From sequence record MK250017.1: DNA of 64,000 bases; one strand, written 5' to 3'. The position numbers and the translations under genes are program-made. Of this stretch, positions 50,976 to 60,299 are shown one piece after another. The notes beneath the pieces are model-generated. The model was not told the origin of the DNA. It saw nothing but the letters and a program-made list of their open reading frames with translations, and did not search any database. Each line of letters opens with the position of its first letter. The stretch's first letter is position 1.

Positions 50976-52031
50976 ATGATTAAGGATATAACACAAATAG
51001 GAAATAAACCTGTTAGTTTTATAAAGGAATTTATTAATAATTGTACGATAGAAGAAAAAATAGATACTCATTATGTCATTGTTGAGATAACATCTAAACA
51101 AACTATAACAATTAAAAAAGCAACAGGAAAAGTCGTTGATAGAGTTGACATGATACTTAATAGTATGTGGAGTCAACTTGTAACTGATTGGAATTTTATT
51201 AAACTTGCAAATCAAGATTTATTTAAAGAACATGTAGGTTATAATATATCAATGTTTTACTTCCCTAGTAATAAACCTTTATTAACAGAATATCCTAATA
51301 ATATTAAATATCTTATAGATAGAATTACATATAATGATGAAAATATTAATCCTGATTCATTTATTAATAAAATCAGATTAAAAGACAAGTTTAATATATC
51401 GATTAAACATAATTTAAAAAAATTATTAACTAATGATAATATAATAAATCTTATTAAAAATATTAATGGTGATACAAAACTTAATTATGATTATAAGAAT
51501 TTATTTTATGAGTTAATAGATAAATCTGACATATTAGCAAAAGAACCTGAAGGATATATATTTAAATGGAAGAAAAATCTTTATCAACTTATATTTAATA
51601 ACAGAGAACGTATAAATCCAGAGAAAACACAATATGAATATTTGTTATGTGATTTTGTTTCTTACTGTAAAAGTATAAAATATCAAGATAAGATTCATCA
51701 TAGTTATGTAAAAACAGTATGTGCATTATTTAATGATTATATAATAAATTGGGAAGAACAGAATCATAATATTGAAAATAATATAGATATAAATAGTATT
51801 CAATCACCAACATTAGGAACATCATTTGATATGGGATATGAATATATACCTGATATTATAACAATGAATTTATGTAAATCCAATGAATTATATAAAAGTA
51901 TATTTAAAGTATTATTGGCAAATCTCAGAAGAGGTAAAGATAATAGTAAATGTATATACATGAATAAGAAGCAAGTTGATGATTGGAATATTATAATGAA
52001 AAATATTAAGGTAAGAACTTTAACAATTTAA
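50976..52031 (+). CDS. RNA/DNA-ligase-like nucleotidyltransferase-fold protein, variant motif I
   Basis: TIEEKIDT (KxDG-like) and KEPEGYIF (motif IV-like). Confidence 0.4.
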   Translation: MIKDITQIGNKPVSFIKEFINNCTIEEKIDTHYVIVEITSKQTITIKKATGKVVDRVDMILNSMWSQLVTDWNFIKLANQDLFKEHVGYNISMFYFPSNKPLLTEYPNNIKYLIDRITYNDENINPDSFINKIRLKDKFNISIKHNLKKLLTNDNIINLIKNINGDTKLNYDYKNLFYELIDKSDILAKEPEGYIFKWKKNLYQLIFNNRERINPEKTQYEYLLCDFVSYCKSIKYQDKIHHSYVKTVCALFNDYIINWEEQNHNIENNIDINSIQSPTLGTSFDMGYEYIPDIITMNLCKSNELYKSIFKVLLANLRRGKDNSKCIYMNKKQVDDWNIIMKNIKVRTLTI

Positions 52032-52071
52032 GTATTTAATAAATATATAAAGTTAAATGCTAAATTAGGTT

Positions 52072-52338
52072 ATGACTAGAATTATTTATAATATTACAAG
52101 TACGCATGTAAATCCAGAAATTCCTGGTGACAATATATAGATATGTAATGAAAAACCAGTTAAAGTTGAGAAAATTCCTGGTTGGATGCATATAGATCCT
52201 ATTAATACATAGATAGATTTAGAATCAGTTGCATATCAATTATCTGATTATAAATTTACGCCTGGATTTACTGTAACAGTAGATGATTTACTTCATCCTA
52301 AACCATTAGATTATGAAGCAACACCTAAATTTAAATAA
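52072..52338 (+). CDS. small hypothetical late protein (code 15, 88 aa), absent from ORF track
   Basis: ATG 52072, two TAG, TAA 52336. ATAAATA at 52039-52045; terminator follows. Confidence 0.7.
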
Positions 52339-52343
52339 TAAGA

Positions 52344-52376
52344 AAAGAGGAATAACATCGCTTGTTATTCCTCTTT
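52344..52376. terminator. bidirectional terminator
   Basis: AAAGAGGAATAACA/TGTTATTCCTCTTT. Confidence 0.85.
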
Positions 52377-52380
52377 ATTT

Positions 52381-52662
52381 TTATAGTGACAAATTTATAT
52401 TCATTAAATCGAATAATTTATTTAATTGATCTGTTGTTTGAACTTCTACTGAAGCAACAGTTTCCATATCATCATTTTGAATAATACAATTCCAATCTCT
52501 ACCAATCATATTGGTATGACCATTATTAATTGTTATTGTAAATGTATGATTAATAGGACCTACTGTTTTTGTGAAAACATCCATAGATTCAAAATCACCA
52601 AATCCACTATCATAATCATATTCAAAATTATGAAAGATTAATAAATCTTTTGTTATATCCAT
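52381..52662 (-). CDS. hypothetical protein
   Basis: 93-aa ORF within a tightly packed minus-strand operon. Confidence 0.7.
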   Translation of the reverse strand: MDITKDLLIFHNFEYDYDSGFGDFESMDVFTKTVGPINHTFTITINNGHTNMIGRDWNCIIQNDDMETVASVEVQTTDQLNKLFDLMNINLSL

Positions 52663-52680
52663 TTTAAAATATATTTTTAA

Positions 52681-53532
52681 TTAAATATCTTCTTCATATG
52701 TATCATCATCCTCATCATCATGACTTGTTAATTTATCATATGAATCCATAATAGCTTGTAATACTTTTTTCCCTTCTGTAATATATTGTTCATCATAATG
52801 CCAGGATTGACCAGCATTTCTTGAATTACAAAAAGTTCCATTCAATAAAGCTAATGTATTAATAAAAGAACACCACTCTATTGTAGCATCTGCAAATACA
52901 TCCCAATTTACTACAGAATTATTATAAAATCCCATAGATCTTGGTAATGTAGATAACAAATTCCATGTATACATATTTGGCATATAATCATGATATTTGT
53001 CATCTTGTAAATCTGCTTCAATCTTAACACGATCATTTACATTATAATCAAATATATTATCATATGTACCTATTTTATGAAGAATTTCTTTCATTATATC
53101 AATGTCATATGTCATTGCTTTATATATTGAATACTTCTCATATATAACAGTATATTCATTCTGTTCAGTAGGTGCATATCGAGCTTTACTTATTGTATCT
53201 AATTTTGTAAATAAATCTTTAACTGCATCTGGTTGTTCATCATATTTTTTATACTTATTCCAGTTATATAAAATAATTTCTGTAATTTTGATGAAATCCA
53301 TATTAAGTTTACCTTTAAGTATTCTTGTAGTTTCATCTTCATCGTAATCATCAAATACACCATAATCACCCATAGAACCTATAACAGGAATATGCATAGG
53401 AATTAATGGACTTTCCAAATAACAAGGAATATTTGAAATATTCTTATTTTTCTTACAAATAATAGCTACAGTTGTTTCACCTCGTTTTATAGGAACTCGT
53501 GAAAAAAATCCGGATACACAAAAATCACCCAT
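52681..53532 (-). CDS. hypothetical phage protein
   Basis: 283 aa; MGDFCVSG..PI...PVIGSMGDYG N-terminus. Confidence 0.75.
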   Translation of the reverse strand: MGDFCVSGFFSRVPIKRGETTVAIICKKNKNISNIPCYLESPLIPMHIPVIGSMGDYGVFDDYDEDETTRILKGKLNMDFIKITEIILYNWNKYKKYDEQPDAVKDLFTKLDTISKARYAPTEQNEYTVIYEKYSIYKAMTYDIDIMKEILHKIGTYDNIFDYNVNDRVKIEADLQDDKYHDYMPNMYTWNLLSTLPRSMGFYNNSVVNWDVFADATIEWCSFINTLALLNGTFCNSRNAGQSWHYDEQYITEGKKVLQAIMDSYDKLTSHDDEDDDTYEEDI

Positions 53533-53533
53533 T

Positions 53534-54028
53534 TTATCCTATGTTTTTAATATAATTATTTAAAATATCAGTCCATTTTTCATTATCTGCAATATTACAG
53601 ATATATCGTATTGCACCAGAAAAACAATTTTCTAATGTATTAAAAGATAAATAAGATTCGCCTTCATTAACATGTTTTTCCCATAGCTGATTTGCAACAG
53701 TGCTTACAGGAATAATAACATATGACCATTCCTTATTTTCTTTACTATATGTTGGTTGAATGATAAAACCCATATATTTTTCAAACCAATCAATAACTTC
53801 AAAAACAGTAGGTGCTGGAATCCAATTTGCAGATGGATAAGTAATACCCCAATCAGAATTATGTGGTTCCAAATCTCCTGTATGCCATACACGTTCAGCA
53901 GTTGGGTTTTTAGGATCTCCTTTAACTGCTTTAATACCTACAGGTGCCTTTAAATATAAATCTTCAGTATATTCATCAAAACCTAAGTTATTAAGAATTA
54001 CTGATAAATTAAAATCAACATGTTTCAT
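53534..54028 (-). CDS. hypothetical protein
   Basis: 164-aa ORF abutting its neighbours. Confidence 0.75.
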   Translation of the reverse strand: MKHVDFNLSVILNNLGFDEYTEDLYLKAPVGIKAVKGDPKNPTAERVWHTGDLEPHNSDWGITYPSANWIPAPTVFEVIDWFEKYMGFIIQPTYSKENKEWSYVIIPVSTVANQLWEKHVNEGESYLSFNTLENCFSGAIRYICNIADNEKWTDILNNYIKNIG

Positions 54029-54033
54029 TATCT

Positions 54034-54462
54034 TTATAATTTAATATCATCTGAATTTAATAATGTATTTCTCTTATTATCAACAAGAATAAACCGTGCA
54101 TTAATATATAACAGTTCATTCTTTAATTTTTGAACATCTTTTTTAGATGTATTTTCAAATATAATAAATTTATATGACGAAAAATATTCTAATAGTTCTT
54201 CAAAAATATTTCTTAATTGTAACATATCACCAAAACGTTCAAAATTATTATAATAACGTTCATGCGGAATCGGTTTATTATTACAAATATTTTCTACCAA
54301 TTCTATAATTTCATCACATTTTTCAAATAACCTTAATATATCATCTTCTTTATCATTATTATGATATTCTGGTTTCTTTGAATATAAATTCCACATATGA
54401 CTAAATATATAGCGATATATAGAAAATCTATTATTATAAAACGTTAAATCAATTCTTTCCAT
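54034..54462 (-). CDS. hypothetical protein
   Basis: 142-aa ORF downstream of an early promoter. Confidence 0.75.
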   Translation of the reverse strand: MERIDLTFYNNRFSIYRYIFSHMWNLYSKKPEYHNNDKEDDILRLFEKCDEIIELVENICNNKPIPHERYYNNFERFGDMLQLRNIFEELLEYFSSYKFIIFENTSKKDVQKLKNELLYINARFILVDNKRNTLLNSDDIKL

Positions 54463-54480
54463 TTATATATTTTATTAATA

Positions 54481-54488
54481 CAAAGATA
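54481..54488 (-). promoter_or_regulatory. Bacteroidota-type -7 promoter element (early)
   Basis: Minus strand reads AAATGTGTATCTTTGTATT. Confidence 0.7.
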
Positions 54489-54513
54489 CACATTTATTTT
54501 TAAATATAAAAAT

Positions 54514-54954
54514 TTAACGTGCACGCATTACTTCAAAATATTGTTCAATTAACTTATTAATTAAAAGTTCATATGTAAATCCATAAGGATTACCTGGTCC
54601 GAATACTTTCATATCTGTTGGTGATATAGCATATTGTAATTTCGTATCACCTTTTTTTACTTTATCAATATTATTTTCTGTTAGCGGAACATCACTTATA
54701 TAACTAAATAATCGTATAATATAAGATTTAAATACAGGAGATAAAAAAATCTTCGCATATAGATATGGTGTAGATGGTGAATTTAATTTATATACATATG
54801 TTTTGCCTGCCCAGTCATCATATGTAAATAACCATTGTAAAGGATATACATCTTCAAATTCTGGTAATATATCTATATTCGAAACTGATTTGGTTACAAT
54901 TTCTGGATCTAATTTTGGTTTACCTTTATTTAATAGTTTATCTATTATTTTCAT
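54514..54954 (-). CDS. hypothetical protein
   Basis: 146-aa ORF. Confidence 0.75.
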   Translation of the reverse strand: MKIIDKLLNKGKPKLDPEIVTKSVSNIDILPEFEDVYPLQWLFTYDDWAGKTYVYKLNSPSTPYLYAKIFLSPVFKSYIIRLFSYISDVPLTENNIDKVKKGDTKLQYAISPTDMKVFGPGNPYGFTYELLINKLIEQYFEVMRAR

Positions 54955-54958
54955 ATAA

Positions 54959-55621
54959 TTATTCTATAATTTTTAAATCATCTGGTATATAACAATCACT
55001 ACCTAAATATTTGATATATTCTTTAACTGGTTTCTTTACTTTTTTCCAATATGGTAATTTATCATCTTTACTTTGATAATAGATATAACTATCAAAATAT
55101 GTTATTTCCTCTATTTTACCATCATGTTCAACTTTACATGCTTTATAATTATCTTCATCGAAATAGCTTGCAAGATCCATCCATACCAATAAATCTTCTA
55201 ATATCATTATTGAAAATGGCATAGTAATATATGTTGTATTCGTTGTTTTCTTTTCGTATATAATATTCCCATTATTATCTTTCAATACTGTTAATCCTTT
55301 ATAATCACCAGTAATTTGCCAATTCGGATTATCAATAAAATATTGTAATAGAAATTCTAATGGTTTTCTTTCTTCGGGAATTATAGAATAATCTATTGAT
55401 AAATTATATTCACCAAACTTTAAATTATCTGCTATGCATTGTCTTACATCAATTACTAAACGTTTTCTTTGTTCTTTATTAAAATTATCAAATTCATATT
55501 TTGCTATATTTAATGCATGTTGGTGTGCAGCAATAGTATGTCTACCTATTGCATATCTATATGACATCCATACTAAATCTTCATGATATGCATTTAAATA
55601 TTCGTCTTTCTATTTTTTCAT
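54959..55621 (-). CDS. hypothetical protein (code 15, 220 aa; TAG at codon 4)
   Basis: ATG 55621 MKK[TAG]KDEYLNAYHEDLVW is in frame with track ORF MSYRYAIGRH. Confidence 0.7.
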
Positions 55622-55631
55622 ATAAAATAAA

Positions 55632-55669
55632 AAAGTCTGTTTATATTTTATACAATATAAACAGACTTT
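55632..55669 (-). terminator. intrinsic terminator after clpP
   Basis: AAAGTCTGTTTATATT/AATATAAACAGACTTT. Confidence 0.8.
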
Positions 55670-55676
55670 AGTTTTA

Positions 55677-56366
55677 TTATTTACTAGTTAATATCTTATC
55701 AATCATACCTTTTGTTCCGTATGATTTAGCCTCTTCTGAACTCATCCAAAAATCTCTATCAGCATCTTTCTTAATTCGTGAAAGTGTTTGTCCTGAATGT
55801 GTAGATATAATATCATATAATTCATTCTTAAGTCTATTAACTTCTTTGCATGTAATCTCAATATCACTAGCTTGTGTATGTGGTCCTGTAGACGACATTG
55901 GTTGATGGATCATCACACGTGAATGTTTCAATGCGCATCGCTTTCCTTCTGCGCCTGCACATAACAAGATACTCGCCATACTTGCCGCCATTCCAGCACA
56001 AATAGTTGAAACATCTGGTCGTATAAGTTGCATAGTATCATAAATCTCAAGTCCTGAATAAACATCACCACCTGGAGAATTTATATACAGATATATATCT
56101 TCCTTTTTATCTGTTGTGTCAAGATATAACAGTTGAGATGCAATAATATTTGCACTATCTGGTGTTACTGGATTACCAAGAAAAATAATTCTATCCATCA
56201 TTAATCTTGAAAAAACATCCATCTGTGAAACATTCAGTTGACGCTCTTCAAGAATTGTAGGATTCTGATAACCATTATAAACACCAGATTTATTAATATA
56301 ATCATGTAAGTATAAACTACTTACACCATTTGAAATCATAAACTTTTCAAAATCTGTTTTTACCAT
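55677..56366 (-). CDS. clpP: ATP-dependent Clp protease proteolytic subunit
   Basis: DVFSRLMMDRIIFLG, YINSPGG, GMAASMAS (Ser), MIHQP (His), DRDFWM (Asp). Confidence 0.95.
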   Translation of the reverse strand: MVKTDFEKFMISNGVSSLYLHDYINKSGVYNGYQNPTILEERQLNVSQMDVFSRLMMDRIIFLGNPVTPDSANIIASQLLYLDTTDKKEDIYLYINSPGGDVYSGLEIYDTMQLIRPDVSTICAGMAASMASILLCAGAEGKRCALKHSRVMIHQPMSSTGPHTQASDIEITCKEVNRLKNELYDIISTHSGQTLSRIKKDADRDFWMSSEEAKSYGTKGMIDKILTSK

Positions 56367-56857
56367 ATATTTTTATATTTCTTTCTATAACAATTTTTCA
56401 ATAATGATGTTACGTGAATATTAGGATAATCACAATGATTATTAGGATTTGTTTCTGTATATATATCAGGATAAGAATCTAATATAAATTTAACAACACC
56501 TTGTGACCTTGAAATTCCTGCTGAACAATGAACATAAATATCTTTACCTAAATTTCTTTCTATGAAATTAAATAATTCATATGCTTGTTCATCTGATAAC
56601 CCTTTAATTGATTTAGCATATTCAGCTTCCTCTTCTGAAATATCATTTCCATATGCATATGTTAAATCATAATCAGTAATATCATAGAAATCTAAATTAA
56701 TAACATTTTCTGCTGAATTAAATATATGATATTCATCTGAAACATTTGGTTCACATATAGAAATTATAGCTACATTATTTGGTAAAGTACGATTATTCCA
56801 ATTATTCTTTTCCATTAATTTTTTAAATCCATTAAAGGATTCACACCATATCTTCAT
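56360..56857 (-). CDS. protein-tyrosine/dual-specificity phosphatase family protein
   Basis: VHCSAGISRS = CX5R signature. Confidence 0.85.
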   Translation of the reverse strand: MKIWCESFNGFKKLMEKNNWNNRTLPNNVAIISICEPNVSDEYHIFNSAENVINLDFYDITDYDLTYAYGNDISEEEAEYAKSIKGLSDEQAYELFNFIERNLGKDIYVHCSAGISRSQGVVKFILDSYPDIYTETNPNNHCDYPNIHVTSLLKNCYRKKYKNIW

Positions 56858-57461
56858 ACTCTTTTATTTGTTTTTCAATTAACGTACATTCATCCTGATA
56901 TTTCTTTACAGTTTCTAATATATTATTAATCTGCTTTTTCTTTTTATCTAATTTCTGATTCAAATGTCTAATAATAAGTTTTTTAATATCTACATAATCA
57001 GCAAAAATATTTAAAACTGCATTTCTAAATTGAATTGCACGCTGTGAAATTTCAGATATTTTTGTGTCTGTAATATCACAACAAAATATATATGGTAACT
57101 TTTCATTTAATTCATCACATGTTGACATAAATTTAGATATGCAACATGCTAATGCTAAATGTAATATAGAAGGTTCATATATTTTTGGTCCATTATCATC
57201 TTTATTTGAATCATCTATAATATCATCAAAGAAATCATTAAGTGGATAAAAAATATCTAAACATAAATCTTCTGAATCATATATATAATCTCCTAATGTT
57301 ATATTATAATCCATATAATAATCAGGAATATTTGTTAATATATCACAGTTATAACTACCAAATATATCTAATAAAATTTTTGGATACCTTTCAGTTCCTT
57401 CTGTTTTACATAAATCGGAAAACTGTTTATATAAAGTTTTTAAATCATCATAACTTACCAT
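56841..57461 (-). CDS. hypothetical protein
   Basis: 206 aa; the only TGA stop among the genes called here. Confidence 0.75.
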   Translation of the reverse strand: MVSYDDLKTLYKQFSDLCKTEGTERYPKILLDIFGSYNCDILTNIPDYYMDYNITLGDYIYDSEDLCLDIFYPLNDFFDDIIDDSNKDDNGPKIYEPSILHLALACCISKFMSTCDELNEKLPYIFCCDITDTKISEISQRAIQFRNAVLNIFADYVDIKKLIIRHLNQKLDKKKKQINNILETVKKYQDECTLIEKQIKEYEDMV

Positions 57462-57464
57462 AAT

Positions 57465-58160
57465 TTACTTCAATTTATCTTTAAGATTAATTAATGTATT
57501 ATTTACATTTATTGTAAAATTAAAAATTGCATCTTTTGCACATTTATTAATATAATTATACAAATCAGTTTTTGTAATAAAATCCATAGATTCTTCTGAA
57601 TTCATCCATGACTTTGTAATAACTGCATCATGATTGTTTATAAATTTATATTCAATATGATCCCAATTATCACCACATAATCTAAATTCATCATAATTTA
57701 TCCACACTCTATTCATTTTAATATCTACTGACTTTAACATGATATATGTTTCATCAAAATCAAAATAGTTATCATCATATGAATTATCACCTTGTGTTAT
57801 ATTCTGATAAAAAATACAGTTAACATCTCTTATTACTTTACCAGTATCAATATAATTATGAAGAATATAATCTCTTAATTCTATATTGTACTTTGATGAA
57901 AAATCAGTAACAGGACATTCATTTGCAATATACTCTAAGCGATATAATGGTATATATCTAATATCTTCATTATTTACATTCAAATAACGTCGTTTTACTA
58001 GTTTAAATGTATATGTATTTTTACCTATCTGAATTGTTACTTCTTCTTTTGCACAAAAATCTTGATATGTATGTAATTTATTAAGTAGTAACTTTATATA
58101 ATTAGTTACCATTTCATTTCCAAGATTATCTATAGGAATTTCATAATATTCGTATTTCAT
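57465..58160 (-). CDS. hypothetical protein
   Basis: 231-aa ORF. Confidence 0.75.
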   Translation of the reverse strand: MKYEYYEIPIDNLGNEMVTNYIKLLLNKLHTYQDFCAKEEVTIQIGKNTYTFKLVKRRYLNVNNEDIRYIPLYRLEYIANECPVTDFSSKYNIELRDYILHNYIDTGKVIRDVNCIFYQNITQGDNSYDDNYFDFDETYIMLKSVDIKMNRVWINYDEFRLCGDNWDHIEYKFINNHDAVITKSWMNSEESMDFITKTDLYNYINKCAKDAIFNFTINVNNTLINLKDKLK

Positions 58161-58216
58161 ATAACTAACTTAATTTAATAATTAAACAAAAGTAAAGATT
58201 AAGCATCCGCAAATGC

Positions 58217-58423
58217 TTAATCTTTACTTGTTATTTGATGAACTGATAGCAATAGTCGTGAAACTGCCATCAAACACATTGCATGAATATATGTAATCTT
58301 TGGAAGACCAAAAACAAATGGCATTACATAATTCCAGCAAATCATAAAAAAGATTGCACCAATTATAATACAAATAATTGAAATAATTACCATTCCTATA
58401 AGTTCAAAAAAATGTTCATTCAT
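58217..58423 (-). CDS. small membrane protein
   Basis: 68 aa with two hydrophobic segments. Confidence 0.7.
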   Translation of the reverse strand: MNEHFFELIGMVIISIICIIIGAIFFMICWNYVMPFVFGLPKITYIHAMCLMAVSRLLLSVHQITSKD

Positions 58424-58539
58424 ATTACTTATTATTTTTAATTATTATTTGTTTTGTTACTTAATAAACAATATAAAATAGAGGATATAATTTCTCTTTT
58501 ATATCGTTTTTTAGCATATCTACCTTTTGATTTAACTAA

Positions 58540-58706
58540 GGTCTCTTGTTTCATTTTTCTCATTGTTGTAATAATGTTTTTATAAATAAAAACCTATGTT
58601 TCTTGTTTCACAGACACGCTACTTTTTAGTATAGTTAAATTATTTAACTTCTTTCATCCATAGTTGGTATCTCCGCAAGCGTAAATTCGGGTAAATTCAT
58701 CCCTAT
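58540..58706 (-). ncRNA. putative TnpB omegaRNA scaffold / right end
   Basis: Minus strand: GGG-ATGAATTTA-CCC, ACGCT...AGCGT helix, AGTTAAAT-A-ATTTAACT, GTTTTTAT-TT-ATAAAAAC immediately 3' of tnpB. Confidence 0.65.
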
Positions 58707-58722
58707 TTATATTTTATATTAA

Positions 58723-59856
58723 TTAAATATTTAATTGTCTTAATCCTTCTACTAAAATATTCTAAGCAGCATTATAATCTCTATCAATTAAAGATTTACA
58801 ATGTGGACATATCCATTCTCTTTCACTTAATTTTAAATCTTTATAAATATAACCACAATTATGACATGTTTTAGATGATGGATAGAATCTATCTATAACT
58901 ATTAACTACCTTCCATACCACTTACATTTATATTCTAACTAACGTCTAAATTCAAATAAACTTAGTTCCTATATAGATTTAGCTAATTTATGATTCTATA
59001 ATATACCTTTCACATTCAAATCTTCAATACAGATAACTTGGTTTTCGTTAACTAGTTTTGAAGTGATTTGATGCAAATAATTCTGTCTCTAATTCTTTAT
59101 CTTTTCATGAACTTTAGATAATTTAATTCTTAATTTATTTCTATTGTTACTTCCCTTTTGTTTCTTACTTAACTAACGTTGTAATTTTTTTAATTTCTTT
59201 TCTTGATTTTTATAAAAATGTTTATTTTCATATCTATTTCCATTTGAATCTACAATAAAATCTTTTATTCCTAAATCTAAACCTATTACTGTATCTAAAT
59301 ATTCTTTCTATTGTATTTTACAATCTATGAGAATTGATAAGTAATATTTTCTTGTAGTTGTTTTTACTAATGTTATAGACTAAATATATTTCTAATTATG
59401 ATTTAAATATATCTCATTTTTCCTTGAGCATTTAAATAATATATTCTTTAACTATTTTATTAAAGTTATTCTATTACCTTTTATTTTATCATGTTTATAT
59501 TTAAATATAGTATTTGAAAATTTACAAGTCTATTTTTTATCTTTTTTTGATTTAAATTTAGGATAACCTTTATTAAATTTAAAAAAATTATTATATGCAA
59601 CCATTAAATCATTTAATGACTACTATAAACATACAGAATATACATCATTTAAAAATAAATATTCATCCTGTTTCTTTAAATTAGTAAGATATTTACCTAA
59701 TTGAGATAAAGAACATGTTTGCTTATTCTATTCATACTACATTTTCTTATAATCTAATAATTTATTATATATAAGTCTACAACAACCTAATTGTTTAGAA
59801 ATAAAATCCTCCTAAACATTATCTGGATATATTCTTATTTTAATTGCTTTTAACAT
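58723..59856 (-). CDS. tnpB: RNA-guided endonuclease TnpB (code 15, 377 aa, 17 in-frame TAG), absent from ORF track
   Basis: [30 protein letters not shown] (D 59275), IEDLNVKG (E 59023), CHNC..CPHC zinc finger, DRDYNAA (D 58777). Confidence 0.93.
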
Positions 59857-60007
59857 AATATAATAAAAAATCGTTTATATTTTAATTTGTATAAATTTGA
59901 CGGGTTGATACAAATTATTAATATAAACGATCTATAAATATCTTTAATTATATATTATATTCAAAATTATAAAAATAGTTTAATTCAACCCGTCAAAGTT
60001 TTAAACT

Positions 60008-60033
60008 NNNNNNNNNNNNNNNNNNNNNNNNNN
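60008..60033. other. assembly gap (26 N)
   Basis: Run of N in the sequence. Confidence 1.
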
Positions 60034-60054
60034 ATTTTTGAAATAATGTAAATA

Positions 60055-60267
60055 TTAAAAATTATTGTAATAATTTATTAAATCAGCTTTCATTTCTTTA
60101 CGAAACTGAGTATCTCTCTTTCTATTTCTAATTACTCGATCTTCTGCAATTTCACAATTATAACGTCTCCATTTATTTAAAATAGAACGTTTATACTTAG
60201 GTTTAATTTTACCTTTATTGTCATGCATATAATCATACGCAGCTTGCTCTTTAAAATTATTACTCAT
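60055..60267 (-). CDS. small basic hypothetical protein
   Basis: 70-aa ORF, TAA stop. Confidence 0.6.
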   Translation of the reverse strand: MSNNFKEQAAYDYMHDNKGKIKPKYKRSILNKWRRYNCEIAEDRVIRNRKRDTQFRKEMKADLINYYNNF

Positions 60268-60299
60268 TGTATCTTAAATATAATTTTAGTAATGTCAGA

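Larger units (their letters stand above)
58520..60007 (-). mobile_element. non-autonomous tnpB-only element (IS200/IS605 or IS607 family); boundaries approximate
   Basis: tnpB, a downstream structured right-end region and upstream inverted repeats. No tnpA in the window. Assembly gap at the left edge. Confidence 0.75.

Noticed and set aside
56841-56843. TGA reassignment
   Set aside because: TGA ends ORF 56841-57461 where it overlaps the next gene's start, and I found no in-frame TGA in the long genes.
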